The notes beneath the pieces were generated by a model. The model was not told where the DNA came from. It did no database searches and saw nothing but the letters and a program-made list of their open reading frames with translations. DNA of 32,000 bases from positions 8,004 through 40,003 of the forward strand of contig CAYXAY010000002.1 in assembly GCA_964463155.1 (NCBI GenBank), given 5' to 3'. The position numbers were made by a program, and so were the translations under genes. The DNA is from an uncultured archaeon (GTDB lineage: Archaea; Iainarchaeota; Iainarchaeia; Iainarchaeales; CSSED10-239). Positions 8,612-17,008 of this stretch are shown one piece after another. Every line of letters starts with the position of its first letter. Within the stretch, counting starts at the first letter, position 1.

Positions 8612-9082
8612 TCATTCAAGCTGAGAATTGTATTTTCCGGAATTGAAATCTTTTAATGCTTCAGCTGGGCTTTTGCCGTCAATATTGACACCAATAGACC
8701 TGCATGTTCCCATAACTTCTCTAATCGCTGTTTTCATGTTTCTTGCATTTAACTGGTTGTATTTTGCTTTTGTTATCTTTAAGATTTTTTCAAAAGTTAT
8801 GTTTCCTGCAACAAGGGTTCCTGCTTTACCTGAAGCAGTCTTTAAGTTTAGTTCTTTTTTTATTAATGCACTCGTTAATGGCACACCAACCTCTATTGAA
8901 TAGCTTTTATCAGTATTGATATGGACTTTAACTGGTACTTGCATACCTTCTAGTTCTTTTGTTGCTTTGTTGATTTTCTTAACAATCTCGATTGTGTTAA
9001 CTCCAATTGGACCTAAAGCTGGACCAAGTGGTGGACCTGCGCTAGCGTTACCAGCATCTACTAAAACTTTTATTGTTGGCAT
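8612..9082 (-). CDS. rpl11: 50S ribosomal protein L11 (uL11)
   Basis: The N-terminus is IKVLVDAGNASAGPPLGPALGPIGVN, the hallmark uL11 PPLGPALG motif. Confidence 0.95.
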   Translation of the reverse strand: MPTIKVLVDAGNASAGPPLGPALGPIGVNTIEIVKKINKATKELEGMQVPVKVHINTDKSYSIEVGVPLTSALIKKELNLKTASGKAGTLVAGNITFEKILKITKAKYNQLNARNMKTAIREVMGTCRSIGVNIDGKSPAEALKDFNSGKYNSQLE

Positions 9083-9095
9083 ATTATTTTCACTC

Positions 9096-9533
9096 CTAAT
9101 TTAATAATTTAATATTTTCTGCTTTCATTGTTATTGGAACCTTTACTGTTGCATCGAAAAGTTCTATAACTACTTCTTCTTTAGCAACATTTACTCTTGT
9201 TACTTTTGCGCGTGATCCTTTGAAAGGACCAAGGATTATTTCAACTGTTTGGCCTGGCTTAATTGAACTCATTAATGGCCTTGACTCTAAGATTCCAGCA
9301 ATCTCTTTAATATTAATGTTGCCTGTTACCATTTGCCCGCCTTTGATGTGAGGGACATTGTGTATCAATATTTCAACCGTCTTTTCTGAATCCGCTTCTA
9401 TAAGGATATAACCTTTAAGGTCGGCCATCTCTACTAAAGAGAAAACAGGCAGTCCTTCTTCTTTTATTCTATGGTGAAGGATATCGATAACAACCCTTTC
9501 CTGGCCTACTGTTGTTCTTACTGTAAATATCAT
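9096..9533 (-). CDS. spt5: Transcription elongation factor Spt5 (archaeal NusG)
   Basis: An NGN domain (FTVRTTVGQERVV...GYILIEA) is followed by a KOW motif (KPGQTVEIILGPFKGSRAKV). It lies in the conserved position between secE and rpl11. Confidence 0.9.
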   Translation of the reverse strand: MIFTVRTTVGQERVVIDILHHRIKEEGLPVFSLVEMADLKGYILIEADSEKTVEILIHNVPHIKGGQMVTGNINIKEIAGILESRPLMSSIKPGQTVEIILGPFKGSRAKVTRVNVAKEEVVIELFDATVKVPITMKAENIKLLN

Positions 9534-9709
9534 AATTTACCACTGATTAGATTCATTATTAGTCTTACTATAAAACCAATCAATCCAATAATTACCATCC
9601 CAAGACCAACAATCTTTGCCATTGCCCAGTATTCTTTATTGGTTGGTTTTTTTGCAATCAATAAAATTCTTTTTGCGGATTCAAAAAATTCTTTTATTTT
9701 TTTAACCAT
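9530..9709 (-). CDS. secE: Protein translocase subunit SecE / Sec61-gamma (unlisted 59-aa ORF)
   Basis: Hand-translated as MVKKIKEFFESAKRILLIAKKPTNKEYWAMAKIVGLGMVIIGLIGFIVRLIMNLISGKL. This has the typical archaeal SecE shape: a basic amphipathic N-terminus and one TM helix. Its TGA stop overlaps the spt5 ATG (ATGA). Confidence 0.8.
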   Translation of the reverse strand: MVKKIKEFFESAKRILLIAKKPTNKEYWAMAKIVGLGMVIIGLIGFIVRLIMNLISGKL

Positions 9710-9722
9710 TTCTTAATCACAT

Positions 9723-10838
9723 TTATACACTGTTAATATCTAGTTCAAGTTTTGTTTCTTTTTTTATGACTGTTGTTCCTACAATGTCGCTTAGGTAAGG
9801 GATGTCTGCTCCTGCAATCACTGCCATAACCTTTATTGAGTTTCTTGGAACATCCTCATCAACCATTGCACCCCAGATGATGTGAGCGTCTTGGCTAATC
9901 TTTGATGCTACTGTTTCAACTATTAATTCTGCTTCTTTTAGTGTCATGTCTTGACCACCCAAAACATTTACTAAAGCCTTTTTTGCATTTCCAATCTCTA
10001 TGTCAAGTAATGGCGAAGTTAACGCATCTTCCACTGCTTCCATTGCCCTTGAATCTAAATTGTTTTTATGTATTGAACTTTCTCCGACACCAATCATTGC
10101 TAGGCCTCCGTTTGAAAGAACTGTTTTTAGGTCTGCAAAGTCAAGGTTTATTATTCCTGCTTTTGTTACTAGCTCGATTATCCCTTTAACTGATTGTGTT
10201 AAGATTTTGTCAACCTCTTGGAAAGCAATCTGCAGTGGTAGGTCTGGTGCAATTTCAAGAATCTTGTCGTTTGGTATTATTATTAATGTATCAACTTCTT
10301 TTTTTAGTCTTTCAAGACCACTTAAAGCATTTTCAATTCTTTGTTTTCCTTCAACAGCAAATGGCAAAGTTATTACTCCGATAACTAGCGCTCCTTTTTC
10401 CTTTGCAACTCTAGCAACCTCTGGTATTGCTCCAGTTCCTGTTCCTCCACCAAGACCACAAGTTACAAAAACCATATCTGCGTCTTTTATAACTGCTTTA
10501 ATTTCTTCCTTTGATTCCTCAGCTGCTGCTTTACCGACTTCTGGATTTGAGCCAGCGCCAAGTCCTCTTGTTGTTTTCTTACCTATTAGCATTTTTTTAT
10601 CTGCTCTAATCTTTAATAATGCTTGTGCATCAGTGTTCATTGCAATCATTATTGCTCCTTCAATACCGGTCAGGTTCATCCTGTCAAGGCTGTTACCACC
10701 AGAGCCACCAACACCAATAACATAGATGTTTGGAAGAGAGGCTTTCAAGAATTCTTCTAATTCTTCATCATCACTTCTACAAACCTTTTCACTATTATCG
10801 TCTTTGGAAACTACTCTGCTGCTTTGAATTCCGTACAA
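9723..10838 (-). CDS. ftsZ: Cell division GTPase FtsZ
   Basis: GVGGSGGN, the tubulin signature GLGGGTGTGA, GLGAGSNPEVG and LPFAVEGKQR are all present. The only possible initiator upstream of the G-box is the TTG at 10836-10838, with GGAG about 10 nt upstream. Confidence 0.92.
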   Translation of the reverse strand: MYGIQSSRVVSKDDNSEKVCRSDDEELEEFLKASLPNIYVIGVGGSGGNSLDRMNLTGIEGAIMIAMNTDAQALLKIRADKKMLIGKKTTRGLGAGSNPEVGKAAAEESKEEIKAVIKDADMVFVTCGLGGGTGTGAIPEVARVAKEKGALVIGVITLPFAVEGKQRIENALSGLERLKKEVDTLIIIPNDKILEIAPDLPLQIAFQEVDKILTQSVKGIIELVTKAGIINLDFADLKTVLSNGGLAMIGVGESSIHKNNLDSRAMEAVEDALTSPLLDIEIGNAKKALVNVLGGQDMTLKEAELIVETVASKISQDAHIIWGAMVDEDVPRNSIKVMAVIAGADIPYLSDIVGTTVIKKETKLELDINSV

Positions 10839-10974
10839 AATTAATCATCTCCGCTTGCTATCTTTAAACATAATAAATTGAGAAAAATTATATAAAAAAA
10901 GATATTATATTTATAGATAAGAAACCTTTAAATATAAATCTATTTTAGAATATATAGGGAAAAGACGATAAGAT

Positions 10975-11880
10975 ATGATAGATAAAGACATTTTAAGGAT
11001 TGGAAAAGACATAAAAGACATAAAGATACAAGGGGCTAGTAAGATTGAGCTTGCAGCAGTTGATGCAATTAAAAATCTTATTAATAGGAGCAAGTTTAAT
11101 GGTGATGATTTTTTAGCAGAAGTTGTAGAAAACATTAATTTCTTGATTGCTCAAAGACCTAATGAGCCAAAACTTAGAAACTCTTTGTCTTATATTTGGC
11201 AAACAGCAAACAAATATTCTTCTGTTAAAGACAGAAATATTTTGATTGACTATATTGAACATTATCGAGACAATACCGAGAAAGGAAATCAATTGATTTC
11301 TGAGTATGCTTCTCAGATTATCACTAATGGTTCACTTATTTTAACACATTGTCATTCTAATCTTGTAGAAGACACCTTCAAGAAGGCCTATGAAAAAGGG
11401 ATTGACTTTGAAGTAATCTGCACAGAGACAAGACCTAGATTTCAAGGAAGAATAACTGCTAAAGCTTTAAGCGACTATGGGATTAAGACAACACAGATTG
11501 TTGACTCTGCAGTTTCAACTTATCTTAAAAAGATAGATTTTTTCTTGACAGGCGCAGATGTTGTTTTTCTGGACGGTTCGATCATGAATAAGATTGGAAC
11601 GCACACCATCAGTATTGCTGCAAAACACTTTAAGACACCTCACATTGTTTTAACTTCCACACACTGTGTAGAAACAGACGTCTTTGTTTCACTTAGCGAA
11701 GCTGTAGAAGAAAGAGATATTGAAGAGATCTGGAAAGAAGTAGACGGAAGACCAAAAGACCTGCGATTAAGAAATCCTTCTTTTGATATAGTACCAAACG
11801 AGCTAATAGACAAATTCATAACAGAAGAAGGAGTCTTTACTCCAGAAACCTTGGCCATATGGAATAGAAAAAAAAAATAG
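10975..11880 (+). CDS. eIF-2B alpha/beta/delta-like family protein; probable ribose-1,5-bisphosphate isomerase
   Basis: ILTHCHS...VICTETRPRFQGR...TGADVVFLDGSIMNKIGTH matches the IF-2B/MtnA family pattern. Assigning it as R15P isomerase rather than another family member is an inference, helped by the AMP phosphorylase at 24953-26482. Confidence 0.65.
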   Translation: MIDKDILRIGKDIKDIKIQGASKIELAAVDAIKNLINRSKFNGDDFLAEVVENINFLIAQRPNEPKLRNSLSYIWQTANKYSSVKDRNILIDYIEHYRDNTEKGNQLISEYASQIITNGSLILTHCHSNLVEDTFKKAYEKGIDFEVICTETRPRFQGRITAKALSDYGIKTTQIVDSAVSTYLKKIDFFLTGADVVFLDGSIMNKIGTHTISIAAKHFKTPHIVLTSTHCVETDVFVSLSEAVEERDIEEIWKEVDGRPKDLRLRNPSFDIVPNELIDKFITEEGVFTPETLAIWNRKKK

Positions 11881-11890
11881 ACATGGTATT

Positions 11891-12419
11891 ATGTATGAAC
11901 TTAAAACTGATAAAATTTATTTAAGAACCATCATTCCTTCAGATGCTACGGAATTATATGAATACATAAAAAACAAATCGGATAATCTGCATAGCGATTT
12001 TAATTACCCCTTTTCAGTAGATGACTCTTAAAAAATGTTTGAAAGAATGATTCCCGCCAGTCCGGAAAAATATTTCGGATTTACTATTTGTACAGCCAGT
12101 GACATTGTTGGATTTATTTCACTTAGATTAGATTAAAAAAAACAAAAATGCCTAAATCGGGTTGTGAATTGCAAAACCATTTAGAAATAAAGGCCATGGT
12201 AAAGATGCGGTCAATTTAATCACAGATTTTGGCTTTAAAAACCAGGAACTAAATCTAATTTATTGCAACATAGATTTTGATAATTCCACATCAATTAATC
12301 TATTTAAAAAGTGTAATTATATATTAGAAGCTAGCCTTAAAGAAAGGCATCTAATTGATGGACAATTCAAAGATTCTGTGATTTTAACTAAATTTACTGA
12401 GAATTCCCAAAAATCTTAA
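11891..12419 (+). pseudogene. Decayed GNAT (RimJ/RimL-like) N-acetyltransferase
   Basis: Three frame segments give GNAT-like text (MYELKTDKIYLRTIIPSDATELYEY...; ...YFGFTICTASDIVGFISLRLD; ...IAKPFRNKGHGKDAVNLITDFGFKNQELNLIYCNIDFDNSTSINLFKKCNYILEASLKERHLIDGQFKDSVIL). They are interrupted by an in-frame TAA at 12029-12031, a TAA at 12134-12136 with a +1 frame change at an A8 run (12135-12142), a TAA at 12153-12155 and a TGA at 12165-12167. Confidence 0.75.
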
Positions 12420-12691
12420 AAAACAGTACAATTTCAAAATTGTATCTAAAGATAAAAACAAATTAAATGAAAAATTATCTGCAGATGGTTGGATTTGTAA
12501 TAATTGTAGCTGTGGTTCTTGTACCTGCACTTGTGCATCCTGTAAATAACTCTATAATATTGTGCGATAATACTTGAAAAAAATATACATTATTAATCCA
12601 TTTGTTAAAGCATTCAATCTTGGTGCCATTATTCTTTATATAATCCATTTAATCAAGAAATTTGTGTTTTAGATTCTAAAGACTATAATAA

Positions 12692-15142
12692 TTAAAAATC
12701 CATTAGGTCTTTTTGTTTAGTGTTGGTGATTAGTTCGTCTTTTGAGATGCCAAGCTCTTCTAGGATTGGAAGTATTGCAGGGATTAGCTGGTTGTTGATG
12801 TAATACTCGCTATCATAATCTTTTTCTTTAACAAACTCTGCAAGCTGAGACTTGTCTGAGATTGTCTTTCCGGATTTTTCTGTAACAATGTACTCTACAA
12901 GATCTCCAACTTTAAATTTCTTTCCTGCTTTTTTTGCATTCTTTACTGCTGCCATTGCTGGGTTTAATGTCTTGTAGCTTTCAAGAGATTTGTGAACAAA
13001 AGTTTGAATTATTAGTTTTGAGTTTGGAATTTCTTTAGTCTTTAAGTCTTCAATAATAAATTGAATATACTTTTGGGCTTTCTTGGAGTCTTGCTCTTTT
13101 AAGATTAACTTTAGAATTTCCTTTTGAGTTTCCTTAACCAATGGACACCAATCATGTCTTACATACTCAAAGCCTTTAATCTTAAGATTACCATTATAAT
13201 CAAGAAGAGCATATTTCTTTTTTGCTGCTCTTTCCTTATCACGAGAATGAACAAAGATTCCTGACATATAGATGTTTTCAAGTTCTAAATGCATGGCTTT
13301 TGGAAGAGACGCATTTATGTTTTTTATGTCTTCCTTTAACTTTTCAACACTTCTAAACTCAATAAAGCAAGAATCTGTGTCTCCATAGATAACTAGATAG
13401 CCAAGTCTTTCTAAGTCCTTAATGATATCTTGAATCTTTAGTCTAACAAGACAATACATTACTTCAAGAGATGGCCTTGAATACCATCGCGCTCCTGCAA
13501 AGCCCATATAACCATAGGTTGATGCTAAGAATATCTTTAGAACATATTGCTTTGCATGCATGTTTCTATATTCTTGTGTGTCTTTTGAAATAGTTTTTGC
13601 TGCTTCTTTATATCCTGCTCTTAATGACAATAGTTCTTCAAGAATCTCTGGAACAAATCCTTTCTTGTTGTAACAAAGATGATGTCCTGTAATATTTTCT
13701 TTTTTGTTTTCCTTACAGCAAGAACAATCAACTGTTTCTGGAGAAATATTATATGATATCAATATTGAAATATGATAACTTCTAAAATCTAGAACAGCAA
13801 TGTTTTTGTGCAGTCCTGGAATTGGAGACTTTACAAAGGCCCCACTAAATGTAAATTTTTGCCTTTCTGCAATCTCTTCTGAACTTGGTTTGTTTGGAAT
13901 GATTTTTCCTTTTTTAGAATAGTGTTTAAAAAACATTCTTTCTACCATTGCCCCCGCAGAAGAGAAGACGATGTCATTAACTGGATAATTGATAAAATCA
14001 GAAATCTCAAACGCAATTGGTATATAGTTGTTTGCAAGTTCCATTGTTGCAACAACATCATCAAGGTTATAGTCTATTATCTTTTGATAATCGCTTGAAA
14101 GATAACTTTCTCTCATTTCTTTTGGGGGCATTGTTAGTTTTGCGTTTCCTGTTAGCTTTGAGTAAAGAGAGTTTAAGTCAAGTTTTGGATAATTAAATAC
14201 CTGTAGATATCTTAGAAGTCTCATCAAGGCATAAACATCAATATGCACTGTGCCTTCTAGACTAACTTTTCTTGTTTGCCCTTTTGAAAAAATTATTCTG
14301 CTGTTTGAAAAGGTTAGCTCTTCTTTTTTGTGTGCCCTGTAGGTTTTTTCCATATATTCAAAGTCAAATATTCCATTGTAGGTATAAACAATATCAATGT
14401 CTTTTAAATTAACAAAATCCCTAAAGCCTTCAATCATCTTTATTTCGTCTTGGTAAAGATATATTTTTAAGAACTGGTTGTGCTTTTGTAGTTGTTCTTT
14501 TATCTCTTCAAGGTTTTCTTTTTTGTCTATTAAAAAAAACACAGCTTTTTCTTTTGAGCTGTCGATGTAAGAGATTGAGATTATCTTATCTTTTCCTGGT
14601 TTTGGAAAAGAGATGTTTTCTGGAACCAAGACTTCTATGTCAAAGACTGCTGATTTTAGTTTTGAGAAGTCTGTTGTTGCTTTGGGGATAATGTCAGTTA
14701 TCCTTCCCTCGTCGTTTAATGTGTATTCTATTTCCTTGAAATTGCTAAGGTATTTATCCATCAAGAACCTGTAGACAAAAGGAATGTCGTATTCATAAAG
14801 TTTGTATTTTTTGTTTGGAAAAACCGAATTTTCAAGAAAATGGGTTCTGGTCCTTACTAGGTCTTCAACATTTTCAAAAATCAGCTTGTAAGTGTTGTTT
14901 TCCTTTAGCGCTATCCCTTTGACGTTTTGCTCTGATTTAAGAATGTCCGTGTCTTCTGATTCTAGTTTGCTGTTAAGAGATATATAAAAATAAGGCTGGT
15001 AGTCGATTGCAAGAGTTTGCTTAGAGTTTTCCTTTCTTAAGGTTGCATAAAGTGATTTGTCCTTATAGAAAACATCTAGAAGAACTGCTCTGTTGATTGT
15101 TTGTGTCTTTTCCTTTGGGGCTTTCTTAAAGATATTAAACAT
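12692..15142 (-). CDS. polB: Family B DNA polymerase (PolB)
   Basis: Exo I is FDIEV, Exo II is YNGIFDFEY and Exo III is YNLDDV. The polymerase motif C, YGDTDS, is intact. Motif A (LDFRSYHIS) and motif B (KIFLASTYG) are recognisable but non-canonical. No intein is apparent (816 aa). Confidence 0.9.
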   Translation of the reverse strand: MFNIFKKAPKEKTQTINRAVLLDVFYKDKSLYATLRKENSKQTLAIDYQPYFYISLNSKLESEDTDILKSEQNVKGIALKENNTYKLIFENVEDLVRTRTHFLENSVFPNKKYKLYEYDIPFVYRFLMDKYLSNFKEIEYTLNDEGRITDIIPKATTDFSKLKSAVFDIEVLVPENISFPKPGKDKIISISYIDSSKEKAVFFLIDKKENLEEIKEQLQKHNQFLKIYLYQDEIKMIEGFRDFVNLKDIDIVYTYNGIFDFEYMEKTYRAHKKEELTFSNSRIIFSKGQTRKVSLEGTVHIDVYALMRLLRYLQVFNYPKLDLNSLYSKLTGNAKLTMPPKEMRESYLSSDYQKIIDYNLDDVVATMELANNYIPIAFEISDFINYPVNDIVFSSAGAMVERMFFKHYSKKGKIIPNKPSSEEIAERQKFTFSGAFVKSPIPGLHKNIAVLDFRSYHISILISYNISPETVDCSCCKENKKENITGHHLCYNKKGFVPEILEELLSLRAGYKEAAKTISKDTQEYRNMHAKQYVLKIFLASTYGYMGFAGARWYSRPSLEVMYCLVRLKIQDIIKDLERLGYLVIYGDTDSCFIEFRSVEKLKEDIKNINASLPKAMHLELENIYMSGIFVHSRDKERAAKKKYALLDYNGNLKIKGFEYVRHDWCPLVKETQKEILKLILKEQDSKKAQKYIQFIIEDLKTKEIPNSKLIIQTFVHKSLESYKTLNPAMAAVKNAKKAGKKFKVGDLVEYIVTEKSGKTISDKSQLAEFVKEKDYDSEYYINNQLIPAILPILEELGISKDELITNTKQKDLMDF

Positions 15143-15176
15143 AGTAAATACATATTAAAATAAAAAAGAAAAAAAG

Positions 15177-15824
15177 TTATAGCATATTAATCAAAATAAC
15201 TGCGACAACTAACAATATCATCAATGCAAGTTTTGAGAAAAAACCTTTGACCTCAAACACAATTTCAGTAAATTCAAAAAGCATTAATATCCAATAGATT
15301 AGCATATAGATTGTTAATGCCGCAAACAATATTATTCCAATTATGTTTAGTGTTGTTAATGCCGGAAATATTGTTGCACTGTCTACAAGGCCAGGGTTTA
15401 CTGATATTGCTTGTATAATCGAGATGATTGCTGGAAAGAAAACTACAATGATTACTGCTGCAAGAACAGAATAGATAATTGTGGTTATTCTAAAGGAAGC
15501 AAGACTCGAGAGAACCTTTTCAAATGGCTTTTTTGGAAGGCCCTTTTTCCCTCTAATAAAATACATTATCAAAAACACAACAATTCCTAAAAGCAACCAA
15601 TTAAGCAGTATTGTAGAATAGATCTGTATCAAGGAATACTTGAATAGCTCTGGGCCCTTGAATAATCCATAGATTAGGATATTTAACAATAACGCAATGA
15701 TTATTACAATTAGGCTTTCAAATAAATTGACTTTTAGAAAGAAAAAATCAACAATCGCCTTTGGGCCTCTTTTTGGCTTATAGGCTTCGTGTAGATTAAT
15801 TTCTGATTTTTTTGCTTCTGGCAT
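15177..15824 (-). CDS. Multi-pass membrane protein of unknown function (possibly Yip1-like)
   Basis: There are five or more hydrophobic segments. The track start at 15833 is GTG. The ATG at 15822-15824 (MPEAKK...) is preceded by AAGGTGAG and is preferred. Confidence 0.6.
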   Translation of the reverse strand: MPEAKKSEINLHEAYKPKRGPKAIVDFFFLKVNLFESLIVIIIALLLNILIYGLFKGPELFKYSLIQIYSTILLNWLLLGIVVFLIMYFIRGKKGLPKKPFEKVLSSLASFRITTIIYSVLAAVIIVVFFPAIISIIQAISVNPGLVDSATIFPALTTLNIIGIILFAALTIYMLIYWILMLFEFTEIVFEVKGFFSKLALMILLVVAVILINML

Positions 15825-15917
15825 TTTTCTCACCTTTAAATAAATTTACATAAATATATTTAGATAAAAGGATATTTAAAGCTTGTGTTGGGTTTTAAAT
15901 TATTTTTGTTAATAGTT

Positions 15918-17006
15918 ATGTTTATGGCTGTCTCAAAAACGCAAGTTTTCTCAAAACCATTCAATCTTGTTTATGAGAATAATTATCCAAATCTTTTGGT
16001 GGGTCCTGGGTTTTTTGAAGAACAAAATATTGCAAGCTCTTCAGACCCTAAACAGTGGATAAGAAAAAAACCTGAAGAGATTGAGAAAGACAGAGCTAAA
16101 CAGGTTTTTTCTTTTAAGCGTTTTACAAAGACTGACGCCATAAGGCATGACAAAACGCTTTCAGACATACAGTTATTGTCACAATCAGTAAACACCACGG
16201 AAATTGAAGTTGGGCTTGAAAAGAAAGCGCAGATGATTAAGGAAAACTATTCAGGGGTTAACAACTGCTCATATGGCTTTAATGACTTAAAGATTATTGA
16301 TAATGTTAAGATTCCTCCAAGCATTGATAAGGTTGTTAATGATGGGGATATGAAGGCAAAGGAAGGGATATTGCAGCTCAATAATAAGCTTGATGATGTT
16401 TATAAGATTGAACAAATATTGTCTATGGGTCTTCTTGGAATAAATAAAAACAGAATACTTGTTCCAACAAGATGGGCAATAACTTCAACTGATGACATTA
16501 TCTCTAAAGACTTGATTGAAAACTCTCTTCTTGATTATCCAGCCATTGATAAATACGAAATCTTTTCTTTTATGTTTTATCAAAATATATTTTTTGTTCT
16601 TTTTGTTCCAAAAATCTGGGGTTTTGAACAGATTGAAATACAAGGAGAAAATGTTTGTGAAGACTTTGAGATAAATGGCCCAAGAAAGAAATATGCTAGT
16701 AGCGTGACTGGTGGGTATTATGCTGCAAGAATAGAGATTGCTAAATATCTAGCAAGAAGAAAAAGACAAGCATCAGTTATTGTTTTTAGAGATATTTCTC
16801 CAAGCTATCAATCAAAAGGAGTTTGGGTGATAAGAGAGGCCGTTAAAGAAGCATTAACAAAAGAACCGTATGTCTTTGATTCCCTTGAACAAGCAATGTC
16901 ATTTATCAATTTGCATATAAGAAACGGAGCAAGCTATTGGCTTCCACACTCACAACTTTACAAAGAAATAAAAACACAAAAACGAATTACTGATTTTTTC
17001 AAATAG
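15918..17006 (+). CDS. Nre-family (DUF650/DUF651) putative DNA repair protein with a C-terminal PIP box
   Basis: LVPTRWAITSTDD and GGYYAARIEIAKYL...RQASVIVFRDISPSYQSKGVWVIREAVK match my recollection of the Nre_N and Nre_C signatures. The C-terminus QKRITDFFK is a canonical Qxx[ILM]xxFF PIP box. The start is uncertain: GTG 15885, ATG 15918 or ATG 15924. Confidence 0.55.
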   Translation: MFMAVSKTQVFSKPFNLVYENNYPNLLVGPGFFEEQNIASSSDPKQWIRKKPEEIEKDRAKQVFSFKRFTKTDAIRHDKTLSDIQLLSQSVNTTEIEVGLEKKAQMIKENYSGVNNCSYGFNDLKIIDNVKIPPSIDKVVNDGDMKAKEGILQLNNKLDDVYKIEQILSMGLLGINKNRILVPTRWAITSTDDIISKDLIENSLLDYPAIDKYEIFSFMFYQNIFFVLFVPKIWGFEQIEIQGENVCEDFEINGPRKKYASSVTGGYYAARIEIAKYLARRKRQASVIVFRDISPSYQSKGVWVIREAVKEALTKEPYVFDSLEQAMSFINLHIRNGASYWLPHSQLYKEIKTQKRITDFFK

Positions 17007-17008
17007 TT

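Noticed and set aside
9471-9716. An 81-aa plus-strand ORF between spt5 and ftsZ.
   Set aside because: The minus strand here encodes a textbook 59-aa SecE/Sec61-gamma in the conserved ftsZ-secE-spt5 position with an ATGA overlap. The plus-strand frame is a shadow.
10000-10725. A 241-aa plus-strand ORF, the longest unassigned ORF in the track.
   Set aside because: It lies entirely antisense to ftsZ, whose frame carries unmistakable tubulin/FtsZ signatures. Its own translation is low-complexity Ser/Pro/Ile/Ala text with no motif, which is typical of a shadow ORF on the opposite strand.
12165-12167. Possible UGA-to-Trp recoding, because the TGA sits where a conserved GNAT Trp is expected.
   Set aside because: TGA is used as the genuine stop of well-conserved genes in this window, with correct protein lengths (secE 9530-9532, rpl21e 21765-21767, ksgA 23448-23450, the CARDB-like gene 8055-8057). 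The same GNAT region also carries TAA stops and a frameshift. This is decay, not recoding.
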